DNA of 64,000 nucleotides from Proteobacteria bacterium UBA1148 (GTDB lineage Bacteria > Pseudomonadota > Gammaproteobacteria > Steroidobacterales > Rariloculaceae): contig DBZY01000014.1 in the NCBI GenBank assembly GCA_002311835.1, forward strand, positions 54,258-118,257. Direction: 5' to 3'. Position 1 is the stretch's first letter. The number at the start of each line of letters is the position of its first letter. The notes beneath the pieces are model-generated. The model did not search any database. It worked only from the letters and a program-made list of their open reading frames with translations, and had not been told where the DNA came from. The translations under genes and the position numbers were made by a program. This document shows positions 44,942-54,005 of the stretch, in pieces.

Positions 44942-45910
44942 CTACTTAATTGCTATGGGGTTTAAGGGTGACCCACAGCCGCCCGTGATGGGTAAAGGAG
45001 GTGCGCAGAAAAAGAACTCATAAACCCCATCTTCCGTGCAATCGTCGGCCAGGTGGTCAACTACGAAGATTTCGCCCATAGTGATTCCAATCATAGGGAT
45101 AACCACCCAGTGCCAGGGCTGTTGGGCCTCTTCTGTTTCGTTGGGCCGCACTTCACAACCCCAGGTATCTGTGCAGATGGCAGCGATCTCTTTCTTATGA
45201 ATCCACTCTGCCGTCTCAAATGCCAGGCCCGGCGCGTCTCCGCCTGCATAGCCGCCCCAGTCTCCAGCCCGCTGGCGTTGACCCATCATTCCTGTACGGA
45301 CGATGACAAAGTCGCCCCGCTTAATTTCTACATTCTGAGATTCAGCTGTTTCATCCAAATCGGAATTAATGATAGCTATTCCCTCATCCAGAGCCTCGAC
45401 GCCAACGTGCTTGGCGACGTCTAATAGTACGCCTCGCCCAACAGTGCGATCCTTGATCTTGTCGATTGCATTTTTCTGGGCACCATTGCTGTCGACGAGG
45501 CGCGCATCGTATCCATTCCACATTTTATCTTCATAGAAAATATGGCCTAGAGCATCCCATTGAGTGCCGCATTGCAACGGTAGAGAGATTATATCGTCCG
45601 CGTAGCGAAACCGACCCTTATCCTGGTTACCGGCCACGGCATCTGTTCCGGTTGCAGTCATCGTGTGTATTGGGTTAAAGCGATTACCCCACAGGCCGCT
45701 CTGTGGCCCTTGGCTATCAAAGTTCAGCCCGAGAGAGAACACTTTGCCTTTGCGGATGAGCTGAGCAGCCTCGACAATATTTTCTGGGCTAATGAAGTTT
45801 AACGTCCCAATCTCATCGTCTGGACCCCAGCGCCCCCAGTTTTTACACTTCTCCGCGGTATCGCGAAGAATATCCATATTGAGCTTACCTTCATCGTATC
45901 GTCTTGGCAT
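44942..45910 (-). CDS. Cyclase family protein (kynurenine formamidase / isatin hydrolase-like)
   Basis: WGRWGPDDEIGTLNF N-terminus and GTQWDALGHIF, typical of the putative cyclase family. Confidence 0.85.
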   Translation of the reverse strand: MPRRYDEGKLNMDILRDTAEKCKNWGRWGPDDEIGTLNFISPENIVEAAQLIRKGKVFSLGLNFDSQGPQSGLWGNRFNPIHTMTATGTDAVAGNQDKGRFRYADDIISLPLQCGTQWDALGHIFYEDKMWNGYDARLVDSNGAQKNAIDKIKDRTVGRGVLLDVAKHVGVEALDEGIAIINSDLDETAESQNVEIKRGDFVIVRTGMMGQRQRAGDWGGYAGGDAPGLAFETAEWIHKKEIAAICTDTWGCEVRPNETEEAQQPWHWVVIPMIGITMGEIFVVDHLADDCTEDGVYEFFFCAPPLPITGGCGSPLNPIAIK

Positions 45911-46044
45911 GAGAAACCCCGAGTGGCTTAGAAATTCTTAATGGTCTAATTACCAGGGATACAGGTCAGGGTGTCAACTCCCGATGCCTAAAGTACCGCA
46001 GCTAGCTGACCAGCCTATTTTGTTCCACTGGTGGTGTCTTATCA

Positions 46045-47220
46045 TTAATTTAGACGGCGAAATTTCTGGACACGCTGCCCCGTATTAACCTCAGTTGTGT
46101 AGAGATTGCCTTGGGAATCAATAGCTATATCGTGTACAGCGGTGAATTGTCCCGCCCAGCGTCCAGCTCGTCCAACACGTCCCTGTGTGATATTAGTCAT
46201 TCGGTCAATAATTCGTAGTTCATTGTTAAAACCGTCCACCATAAACATCAGGTTTTGGTTTGGGTCCAACGATAGGACAAGATCATAAACGGAGCCGTTC
46301 ATTAGCGTGTCCGGCTCGAAAAAAGCCTCCTCTAGGAACGTTCCGTCCTTTTGGAAGATTTGGACGCGGTCATTAGTTCGATCGCAGACGTAGACGAGGC
46401 CTTCTCTGGAGACTTGGACGCAGTGTACTGGGTTACCGAACTGGTTGGATGGTGTTGTTGTTGGATCGTAGGATGGTAAGGGGTCGTCATGTGGTGTATT
46501 ACCGTAGGCGCCCCAATGTCTCTTGTACGCACCGGTCTCAGTATCGTATACAACGATACGTCGATTAGCATAACCGTCTGCAACGTAGATCTCTTGTGCT
46601 TCGGCATCAACAAACATATCCGCTGGCCGACCAAGATTGTCGGTATCATTGCTGCCCCTACTCTGATCTGGTTCGCCTATTTGCATTACGAACTCACCAT
46701 CCATTGTAAATTTCAGGATCTGACTGTCTCCCTGCCCGTTCCCGGCGAGCCAAACGAAGCCCTCAGCCAGATGGATCCCGTGTTCTGATCGCGGCCAGTC
46801 ATATCCCTCTCCGGGACCGCCCCATGCCCGCAACACATTTCCACTATGATCGAATTCCAGCACCGGTGGAGCTGGGAAACAGCATTTGCCGTGCGGTGGA
46901 TCAAAAATAGCGGCGATGTTGCGTTCGTTGAGTGAGTTGGGCCGATGCACAATCCATACGTGATCATTTGAATCGACATGGACTCCAGAAACCTGACCGA
47001 TCAGCCAGTTATTTGGAAGTGGCTTAGGCCAGAACGGATCTACCATGAATTGCGGAAGATCAGCTAGCTTCTCATCAGAGGAAACCGTCGTGGGTGAGTT
47101 GGCTGCACGCCGATCGAATGAGATACCCCGTGCTATATCCTGCGCAAGAGTTGAATTTGACAGGCTCATAAAGATCCAGGTGAACACGAACAGTTTCGAA
47201 ATCTGATTCCGAGTGGACAT
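46045..47220 (-). CDS. Exported NHL-repeat beta-propeller protein (peptidyl-alpha-hydroxyglycine lyase-like)
   Basis: Signal peptide. Repeated NHL-type blades (VHVDSNDHVWIVHR, IYVADGYANRRIVVYD, VYVCDRTNDRVQIF, LYTTEVNTGQRVQKF). Confidence 0.7.
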   Translation of the reverse strand: MSTRNQISKLFVFTWIFMSLSNSTLAQDIARGISFDRRAANSPTTVSSDEKLADLPQFMVDPFWPKPLPNNWLIGQVSGVHVDSNDHVWIVHRPNSLNERNIAAIFDPPHGKCCFPAPPVLEFDHSGNVLRAWGGPGEGYDWPRSEHGIHLAEGFVWLAGNGQGDSQILKFTMDGEFVMQIGEPDQSRGSNDTDNLGRPADMFVDAEAQEIYVADGYANRRIVVYDTETGAYKRHWGAYGNTPHDDPLPSYDPTTTPSNQFGNPVHCVQVSREGLVYVCDRTNDRVQIFQKDGTFLEEAFFEPDTLMNGSVYDLVLSLDPNQNLMFMVDGFNNELRIIDRMTNITQGRVGRAGRWAGQFTAVHDIAIDSQGNLYTTEVNTGQRVQKFRRLN

Positions 47221-47327
47221 TCTATTTATCCTTTTTTCAGCGATCCTAATGCTCCATGGGATGATACGCTAAGTGAATATACCGAAGACGACAATACAGT
47301 CATGGTTTTTAGGCACTAGGAGGGTGT

Positions 47328-48287
47328 ATGGGGAAGTTGGGTAGTGTAGTGACGTCTGTGGCGTTCTATTTTTTTGTCGGTATAGCTGGTGCGCAAGACT
47401 CGTTTGAGCCTCCTGGCTGGGCGTACCCTTTGATGGATGAGGGTAGAGGGCGTGGCCCCGATAATGGCATCCTGCTAAGTGTGCCTGGCAGTAATTTACA
47501 GCGTACTCAAACTCAAATCGATGACCCATTTAACCCCCCGGATTGGTATCCAGAAGAGCATCCACCACTACCGGAAGTAGTCGTATATGGAAGACCGCCC
47601 AATGTGCGTGCATGCGGACAATGTCACATGTTGCATGGCATGGGACACCCCGAGTCTGCAACGATGGCTGGGCTGTCGGTCAATTATGTGATTCAGCAGA
47701 TGCGCGACTACAAAAGTGGCACCAGGACTAGTTTATACAGAAGACACGGCAGCATGCTGCTGAGTGCGACACATGCAACCGAGGAGGAGATCAGGGCTGC
47801 CGCTGAATACTATTCTCAGCTTAAACCTGTGAAATGGATCACCGTCATAGAAGCGGATAGTGTGCCGGAGACCTACGTTGGGGCGGGCAATATGCGGCAT
47901 CCTGAGCTTAACGGAGGCATGGAGCCAATTGGACAGAGAATTATAGAAATCCCTGAAGATTCACATCGTGCTGAACGTCGAGATCCACATAGTCCATTCA
48001 TTGCCTATGTGCCTCCTGGTAGTCTTGCAGCTGGCCAAGAGTTAGCAATGACTGGCGGGGGGAAGACGATTCAGTGTAGCCTTTGCCATGGACTAGGCCT
48101 TAAGGGGCTTGCCGATATCCCCGGTATTGCTGGAAGGTCGCCAATCTATATAGCTCGCCAGCTTTGGGACATAAAATACGGTGCTCGGGCTGGCATCTCT
48201 GCTGCCCTAATGTTGGCCGTTGTTGCTAACCTAAGTGACGAGGACGTCATCAATTTGTCTGCGTACGTGGCATCTCTAGATCCATAA
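47328..48287 (+). CDS. Dihaem c-type cytochrome, exported
   Basis: Two CxxCH motifs (CGQCH, CSLCH). Signal/anchor segment. IPGIAGRSPIYIARQLWDIKYG resembles cytochrome c4/c553-type domains. Confidence 0.85.
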   Translation: MGKLGSVVTSVAFYFFVGIAGAQDSFEPPGWAYPLMDEGRGRGPDNGILLSVPGSNLQRTQTQIDDPFNPPDWYPEEHPPLPEVVVYGRPPNVRACGQCHMLHGMGHPESATMAGLSVNYVIQQMRDYKSGTRTSLYRRHGSMLLSATHATEEEIRAAAEYYSQLKPVKWITVIEADSVPETYVGAGNMRHPELNGGMEPIGQRIIEIPEDSHRAERRDPHSPFIAYVPPGSLAAGQELAMTGGGKTIQCSLCHGLGLKGLADIPGIAGRSPIYIARQLWDIKYGARAGISAALMLAVVANLSDEDVINLSAYVASLDP

Positions 48288-48341
48288 AAGTCCATCGCCG
48301 TCTATATACGGCCCAAAAAAAAGACGAAAGGTAGTTTGCAA

Positions 48342-49325
48342 ATGAAAGGAAAAATTGCGTTTGAGGAACATATGGCGATTGAGCAGACACTCAGCGAAAC
48401 CAAGAATTTTGCTGGAGAGTCTGGTCGTTGGGATGATTTTAGTGGTCAAATTCTCGATCTCGGAGCTCGGCGATTAGAGAATATGGATGCGACTGGTATT
48501 GAGTTTGCTCTTCTGTCTCTAAATGCGCCGGGTGTTCAAAGTATTCTCGATACCGCGGAAGCAATAGAAGTGGCGCAGAGGGGAAACGATGCCATTGCAG
48601 ATGCGGCTGTTCGTTACCCAGATCGTTATGGGGGGTTGGCTGCCTTACCTATGCAGGATCCTGATGCAGCTTCAGCTGAGTTAGACCGTTGTGTCAAAGA
48701 GCTTGGTTTCAAGGGTGCGATGGTTAATGGATTCACTCAGAAGGGCGTGCCTGATTCAGCAATCTACTACGATATTCCAGAGTATCGAACTTTCTGGGCT
48801 ACCGTTGCTGAACTGGATGTGCCCTTTTATCTTCATCCCCGTATGCAGCTTCCGTCTCGTGCTCAGAACTATGAGGGTCATCCGTGGTTGATGAGTGCGC
48901 CGTGGGGGTTTGCAGTGGAAACCTCAATACACTCTCTTCGTTTGTGTGGTTCTGGATTATTTGATGATTACCCGAGCCTGAAAGTTATTATTGGACACTT
49001 GGGGGAATTTATTCCACATGCTTTGTGGAGGATAGATGCACGAATGCGATTCTCTCCTCGAGGTTATCGGGGTACTCGTCCGTTAGGTGAAATTTTTCTG
49101 GAGAACTTCCTGGTGACAACTAGCGGATTCTTCAATGATCCAGCATTCAGGAATACCTTAGAAGTTATGGGAACAGATCGTTTATTCTTCTCTGCTGATT
49201 ACCCTTTCGAAAGTATGCAAGATGCTGCGGAATGGTATGACAACTCACAAGTCATATCTGAGGAAGACCGGATGAAGATTGGTCGAAGTAATGCAATCAA
49301 GTTGTTCAATCTAGATTTAGACTGA
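48342..49325 (+). CDS. Amidohydrolase-2 (ACMSD) family decarboxylase/hydrolase (gamma-resorcylate / LigW-like)
   Basis: KIAFEEHM N-terminal metal motif, HLGE and FSADYPFE C-terminal motifs. ATG at 48342 has better RBS spacing than TTG at 48336. Confidence 0.8.
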   Translation: MKGKIAFEEHMAIEQTLSETKNFAGESGRWDDFSGQILDLGARRLENMDATGIEFALLSLNAPGVQSILDTAEAIEVAQRGNDAIADAAVRYPDRYGGLAALPMQDPDAASAELDRCVKELGFKGAMVNGFTQKGVPDSAIYYDIPEYRTFWATVAELDVPFYLHPRMQLPSRAQNYEGHPWLMSAPWGFAVETSIHSLRLCGSGLFDDYPSLKVIIGHLGEFIPHALWRIDARMRFSPRGYRGTRPLGEIFLENFLVTTSGFFNDPAFRNTLEVMGTDRLFFSADYPFESMQDAAEWYDNSQVISEEDRMKIGRSNAIKLFNLDLD

Positions 49326-49752
49326 ATGGTTAAAGTATCGACTAGGTGAATAAGGCGAGATCCACAGCGATATGCACGATGAGAGCTTTGGTTACTCTTC
49401 GGTGCACTGAAAGGGGAGAACTTCCAGACCAGGCCTCCAAGTCCAGGACTTTGTAAGAACTACCGGTTGTGTAAAGGTGGCTGGGTCAGTAACGGTCATT
49501 CTAGAAGGCACGGGAATCAGGCGAATGAGCTTCTCCTCTCCGCGACGGTAATGTACCTGTCGCCTCAATAGTGTACCCCGATGATTGCCGGGCTAAAACA
49601 GGAGGTTCGGTAAATATGTTGCTATTTGCGGGTAACTGGCGATGGCCATCATGCCTGCCAGCATGATAAGCCAGTAAACTATATAAACCCATATCTTAGA
49701 TTACAATAGAATTTAAGGTGTAATTATAAAATCGAAACGGGAGGAATGCAGT

Positions 49753-50646
49753 ATGAGCCTAACGGTTGGTGTTATCGGGCTGGGTCCCATGGGTGGGAAT
49801 ATCGCTGGCAACCTACTTAAGAATAAGTTTGATGTCGTTGGTTACGATATAGAGCCTGAACGTATGTCAGCGTTAAGTGATCTCGGCTTGGAAAAAGCCA
49901 AATCGGCGTCAGAAGTATCTGAACGTACCGATGTACTAGCTACTTCTTTGCCAAACGCGGAATCATTGCATGCTGTGATCAAAGATGTGCTGCAGCATCC
50001 AAAGCCGAGTCAAATCCTAATTGAGTGTAGCACCTTAACTGTGGCGCAAAAGCTTGATGCGCATAAGCAGCTCAGTACTGGTGAAAAGATTCTTTTGGAT
50101 TCTCCAATCAGTGGAACGCCGCCGATGCTAGCTAAGATGATGGCATCTATATATGTCAGTGGCGATCAAGATGCATATCAGGAATGTATACCAGTCTTAG
50201 AGGGTTTTACCGCTACTAATTTTTATGTTGGTGAGATCGGTAATGGTAGCCGAATGAAATTTCTTGCCAATTATCTGGTACATGTGCACGTTGCGGCGGC
50301 CGCGGAATGTATGGTGATGGGTGAGAAAGCTGGTTTGGACCCAGAGCTTATTCATACTGTGCTCAAAGAGAGTGCTGGTGCGTCAAAAATGCTCGATATA
50401 CGTGGAGCAATGATGGCTAAATCCGACTATCGAGAAGGTGGAGGTACCATGTTTGATGTCTACGAGAAGGATGCCTCGATTATTACGGAGTTCGCTGCGA
50501 GTGTTAAGTCGCCCATAGATCTCTATGTATCCTCTAGACAGAAATTCAATTCTGCGATCGCGCTTGGTTTAGGACATCTTGATACTTCAGCGGTATGCAA
50601 GGCAATCGAGGTGGCTGCTGGGGTTGATCGTGCCTTGGTTGAGTAA
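49753..50646 (+). CDS. NAD(P)-dependent beta-hydroxyacid dehydrogenase (3-hydroxyisobutyrate dehydrogenase family)
   Basis: VGVIGLGPMGGNIAGNL Rossmann motif, GSRMKFLANY, and a C-terminal helical domain. Confidence 0.9.
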   Translation: MSLTVGVIGLGPMGGNIAGNLLKNKFDVVGYDIEPERMSALSDLGLEKAKSASEVSERTDVLATSLPNAESLHAVIKDVLQHPKPSQILIECSTLTVAQKLDAHKQLSTGEKILLDSPISGTPPMLAKMMASIYVSGDQDAYQECIPVLEGFTATNFYVGEIGNGSRMKFLANYLVHVHVAAAAECMVMGEKAGLDPELIHTVLKESAGASKMLDIRGAMMAKSDYREGGGTMFDVYEKDASIITEFAASVKSPIDLYVSSRQKFNSAIALGLGHLDTSAVCKAIEVAAGVDRALVE

Positions 50647-50681
50647 TAGAGGGCTCCACCGTAGAGAAAGAAAGAGTTGTT

Positions 50682-50978
50682 CTAATTTAATTTGTCGAAT
50701 AGTTGAGCAGTACGTTTGACTTTATCTCCTAGCGCCTGCATTAGGTTCCAATAGTTTAGGAAGTGAGATGTCTGGCGATGATCAGCTAGTGACTGCTCGT
50801 CTTTGTATACCTCATAGAACATGAACGTATTTTTATCATCTTGAGAAACTATTACATCGAACTGGTAACAGTTTTCTTCCTGAACAGATTTTGCCGCATT
50901 TTCCAACATGGCTGGTTTTAGCTGATTTACGCATTCAGGATCTACCTTCACTGTTACTACTAAAGCTAGATTGGGCAT
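50682..50978 (-). CDS. ABM-domain protein (putative quinol monooxygenase YgiN-like)
   Basis: 98 aa; FYEVYKDEQSLADHRQTSHF is the typical ABM pattern. Confidence 0.8.
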   Translation of the reverse strand: MPNLALVVTVKVDPECVNQLKPAMLENAAKSVQEENCYQFDVIVSQDDKNTFMFYEVYKDEQSLADHRQTSHFLNYWNLMQALGDKVKRTAQLFDKLN

Positions 50979-51014
50979 TAGCTCTCCTATATGTTCACTG
51001 GAGCCGTTGCTCCA

Positions 51015-52358
51015 TTATTCCGTCCAGCTTGCTGCCAACCTCATACGATCAACTTCTTCGCCCTTAATGTAGACGTTGGCGATTGATCGTGTGTTCTTGA
51101 TGTCATCTAAGGGATTCGCGTTCAGTACAATGAAATCGGCACTCTTTCCATTGGTAATCGTTCCAAGATCATGGAGTCTCAGGAGCCTTGCCGCGTTGCT
51201 AGTTGCAGCTACAATGGCATCAGCCGGGCTCATCCCTGAAGTGACCATATCGGCAATTTCTTCGTGTGCATCCCATCCCGCGCCGCCACCATCCGTTCCA
51301 AATACTACTGTCACGCCTGCCTCGTACATACGTGACAGATTGCGTGCTTGCACATCAAAGTTTTCCTCGGGGTCTTCTGCGGCTTGTTCTGCTATTGCTG
51401 TGCGTAATTCATCCACGGCTTCAGTAGGCATGGTTTCGGCAATGAACGGTAGATCAGCCATTATTCTCGCACCACTATCTGGGAGATTAGGTATTAGGAA
51501 TGTATAGGGCCGCTTAGCCAGCAACTCCATGAACTCATCATCCACGTCGATATCCCGAATGCCATGTGCAAACCCGTCTATACCGGCGCGTAGAAGATCC
51601 TTAGCATCTTCAAGATAGAAGATATGGGCAGCAACACGGAGCCCAAGACGGTGTGCTTCGTCGATAATTGGACCATAGAGCTCAGGAGTCAGTTTTGGCA
51701 CGGTGCCGTTCCGGTCGTCCACCCAGATTTTCACCATGTCCACTTTCTTAGCAGCTAGCTCTCGGACGGCAGCTTTACCTTCTTCTTCAGTATCCACACC
51801 GTATGGGACGTCTCTGCGATCGGCGGCTCCGGGTCCCGCATTGGGTCTTGCCATTCCGGGCCCCGCTGAACGGAATCGTGCTGCGCCAGCTATCTCCTCT
51901 TCACGTAATTGTAGAGGCATATCACCCGGATCAATGCCCATGCTCAATGTGGCTCCGATACCGTAATAGGCCATCCTACGGAGGTGTTCGATAATATTTT
52001 CTCGTGAATAGTTGACTGGCGCGTCTGTCATCCCTCTGATGTCCGCGTACCCCACGTGGACGTGTGCATCGATGAGAGTCGGCATGACGGTCTTGCCCGT
52101 TAGATCTACCCGGGCGGCGCTAGGAGGCACTTCAACCGTATTGGCGAGACCGACTTGGGTGAATTGGCCGTTCTCTACAATGAACGCTGCGTTCTCAAGG
52201 GCACTACCATCGCCAATGATGAGTCTTGCGCCCTCGAACAAGGTGACATTCGACCCCGGGTCTAACGACTCATTCGATCGCTCGGTCAATGGGGTTTCCT
52301 GTGGCGCGCAGGCCGCCAGCCAAGGCAGGCAAAATAGTATTAACCTGATAACTCTCAT
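51015..52358 (-). CDS. Exported amidohydrolase family metallohydrolase
   Basis: Signal peptide/lipobox-like LAAC. TVMPTLIDAHVHVG HxH motif and FGTDGG near the C-terminus. Confidence 0.85.
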   Translation of the reverse strand: MRVIRLILFCLPWLAACAPQETPLTERSNESLDPGSNVTLFEGARLIIGDGSALENAAFIVENGQFTQVGLANTVEVPPSAARVDLTGKTVMPTLIDAHVHVGYADIRGMTDAPVNYSRENIIEHLRRMAYYGIGATLSMGIDPGDMPLQLREEEIAGAARFRSAGPGMARPNAGPGAADRRDVPYGVDTEEEGKAAVRELAAKKVDMVKIWVDDRNGTVPKLTPELYGPIIDEAHRLGLRVAAHIFYLEDAKDLLRAGIDGFAHGIRDIDVDDEFMELLAKRPYTFLIPNLPDSGARIMADLPFIAETMPTEAVDELRTAIAEQAAEDPEENFDVQARNLSRMYEAGVTVVFGTDGGGAGWDAHEEIADMVTSGMSPADAIVAATSNAARLLRLHDLGTITNGKSADFIVLNANPLDDIKNTRSIANVYIKGEEVDRMRLAASWTE

Positions 52359-52423
52359 CTTCCGCTCCTCAAGCTTTATATTTCACAACGTTTCGTGCAC
52401 AAATGGTCACTGCGCAATTCTCA

Positions 52424-52474
52424 GCGCGGCCGGAGCCGCGCACAGTCATGAGTTCATTGCGGCTAGAAAGCCGC
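52424..52474 (-). terminator. Two tandem GC-rich hairpins downstream of yceI (possible terminator)
   Basis: GCGCGGC-CGGA-GCCGCGC at 52424-52441 and GCGGCT-AGAA-AGCCGC at 52459-52474. The T/A run at 52481-52485 lies on the plus-strand side, so there is no U-tract in the yceI direction. Confidence 0.35.
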
Positions 52475-52483
52475 ACACTGTTT

Positions 52484-53083
52484 TTAAGAATTTGGTTCGA
52501 CTCGTTGAGCTTCTAACTGAATGAGTATATTCACGTACATGAGGAACCCATTGGCTTTGCCAAAAGTCACACCAAAGTCATCACGATTAAATGTAGCACC
52601 TGCATCGACACCACAGGTCTCAACACCAGCTCCATTTGGTTGGCACTGAAAACGATTGATTTTAAGATTGACAGGTTGTGTGACGCCATGCAGTGTGAGA
52701 TGTCCTTCCACCGCCGTTGGGTCACCGGTCTTCTTGAATCTTGTTAACGTCCCGGTGTAGGTTGCAGTCGGGAACTGTTCAACGTCAAGTATGTCGTAGC
52801 GCTTGGCATGAGTGGTCATTGCATCTAGACCAAAGTTGATGGTATCCATGTCCATAGTCATGTTGACCGTCCCAGTTTGTGCCTCTCGGTCTAGAACTAT
52901 GGTTCCTGACGAGCTCTCAACTTTTCCGCGCCATACGGAGAGGCCGCCCTGGTGATCGGCCTCAAAGGCTGGGTATGTATGCCGTGGGTCGACTTGGTAA
53001 GTGACCGGTTCGGCAACGATGGCCGTGGTTGTCAGTGCGCAACTGACACTTAGTGCTATACGCCAAAAAAATGTTGTGCTCAT
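52484..53083 (-). CDS. yceI: YceI family periplasmic protein
   Basis: Signal peptide. [27 protein letters not shown]-type N-terminus and a typical YceI-like lipocalin pattern. Confidence 0.9.
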   Translation of the reverse strand: [199 protein letters not shown]

Positions 53084-53121
53084 TGTCGTTATTCCTCTAG
53101 GTTGGACGTTAAAAAGGTCGT

Positions 53122-53964
53122 TTATTGTGCTTGTGCGAGTCTTTCATAAGAGTCAGCGATCAACTCGTCAAGCCAGCGTTGAAATTCGTTTGGTGCAACC
53201 CATGGGTGTGGCTCACCCGGCTGCCGGTTTTGGAGCCGTTCGGCTCGCGTAAAGAGATCATCAGCTCCTGTCGCGTGAATATCATGGTGGTTAATGATTT
53301 GTACTTCGATATTCGGAATAGTCTTTATCCGGGCCAGGTCGTCAATGAATATCTGGATTGCTTCTGGTTCGTCTGTCCGAAGCGCAGATCCACCATGGAA
53401 GTAGGCCAGGTGCTCCGTTCCATCATCAAATACCGAGAACTGGAGAGATGTCGTTCCAGGCGTGTGTCCTGGCGTGTGTTCGAAGTGAATGGTGGTATCC
53501 CCAAGGGTAAGACTGCGACCATCTCTGAGTACCATGTCACGGCGCGGAGCTTGATCGCCCAAGTTATCCTCAATGACTTGCCAGTCCTCTTCGGCAGAAC
53601 CGAAAACCGCATTGAGCTGTGATTGGAGTTCACGAGCGCCTCCATAGTGGTCTCGATGTGCTTGGAGAATAAAAACATATTCGATATCGTTTGGATCTAA
53701 ACCAACCTCGCGAATATTGTCGAGTAGATGATCTGTGAATCCCTCAAAACCATCGAGTGTGTCGATGAGTATCAATCCGGCACTGGTTTCAATTACATAG
53801 CTCGCCACGGCCTTTATGCCGACAAAATACAGATTATCAAAAACCTGGAAAGGTTCCATCGCTTGAAAGTCTATGTCCCTGCGTTGATCCTGCTGTGAAA
53901 AGGCGGCATTCATCGAAAGCGATAGCCCGAGGGTGAGTAGCAGAGAGCGGATTGAGTAGTACAT
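53122..53964 (-). CDS. Exported MBL-fold metallohydrolase, subclass-B3-like motif set with Gln in the first position
   Basis: Signal peptide. ILQAHRDHYGG (Q-x-H-x-D-H), FEHTPGHTPGTT, IINHHD. Confidence 0.8.
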   Translation of the reverse strand: MYYSIRSLLLTLGLSLSMNAAFSQQDQRRDIDFQAMEPFQVFDNLYFVGIKAVASYVIETSAGLILIDTLDGFEGFTDHLLDNIREVGLDPNDIEYVFILQAHRDHYGGARELQSQLNAVFGSAEEDWQVIEDNLGDQAPRRDMVLRDGRSLTLGDTTIHFEHTPGHTPGTTSLQFSVFDDGTEHLAYFHGGSALRTDEPEAIQIFIDDLARIKTIPNIEVQIINHHDIHATGADDLFTRAERLQNRQPGEPHPWVAPNEFQRWLDELIADSYERLAQAQ

Positions 53965-54005
53965 GGCTTAGTTTTTCTAGATGTTGTCAGGCAAATACTA
54001 TCAGA

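Noticed and set aside
49501-49692. 63-aa minus-strand ORF in the 427-bp gap
   Set aside because: No RBS, Arg/Ser/Pro-rich composition and no recognisable fold. An alternative frame gives only a 23-codon hydrophobic peptide without a good start. Kept as non-coding pending RNA data.
52012-52524. 170-aa plus-strand ORF; similar long shadow ORFs at 53125-53622, 38523-39008, 57570-58001, 26590-27049 and 58314-58742
   Set aside because: All lie antisense to genes with strong family motifs, have no RBS context and have low-complexity composition. I treat them as non-coding shadow frames.
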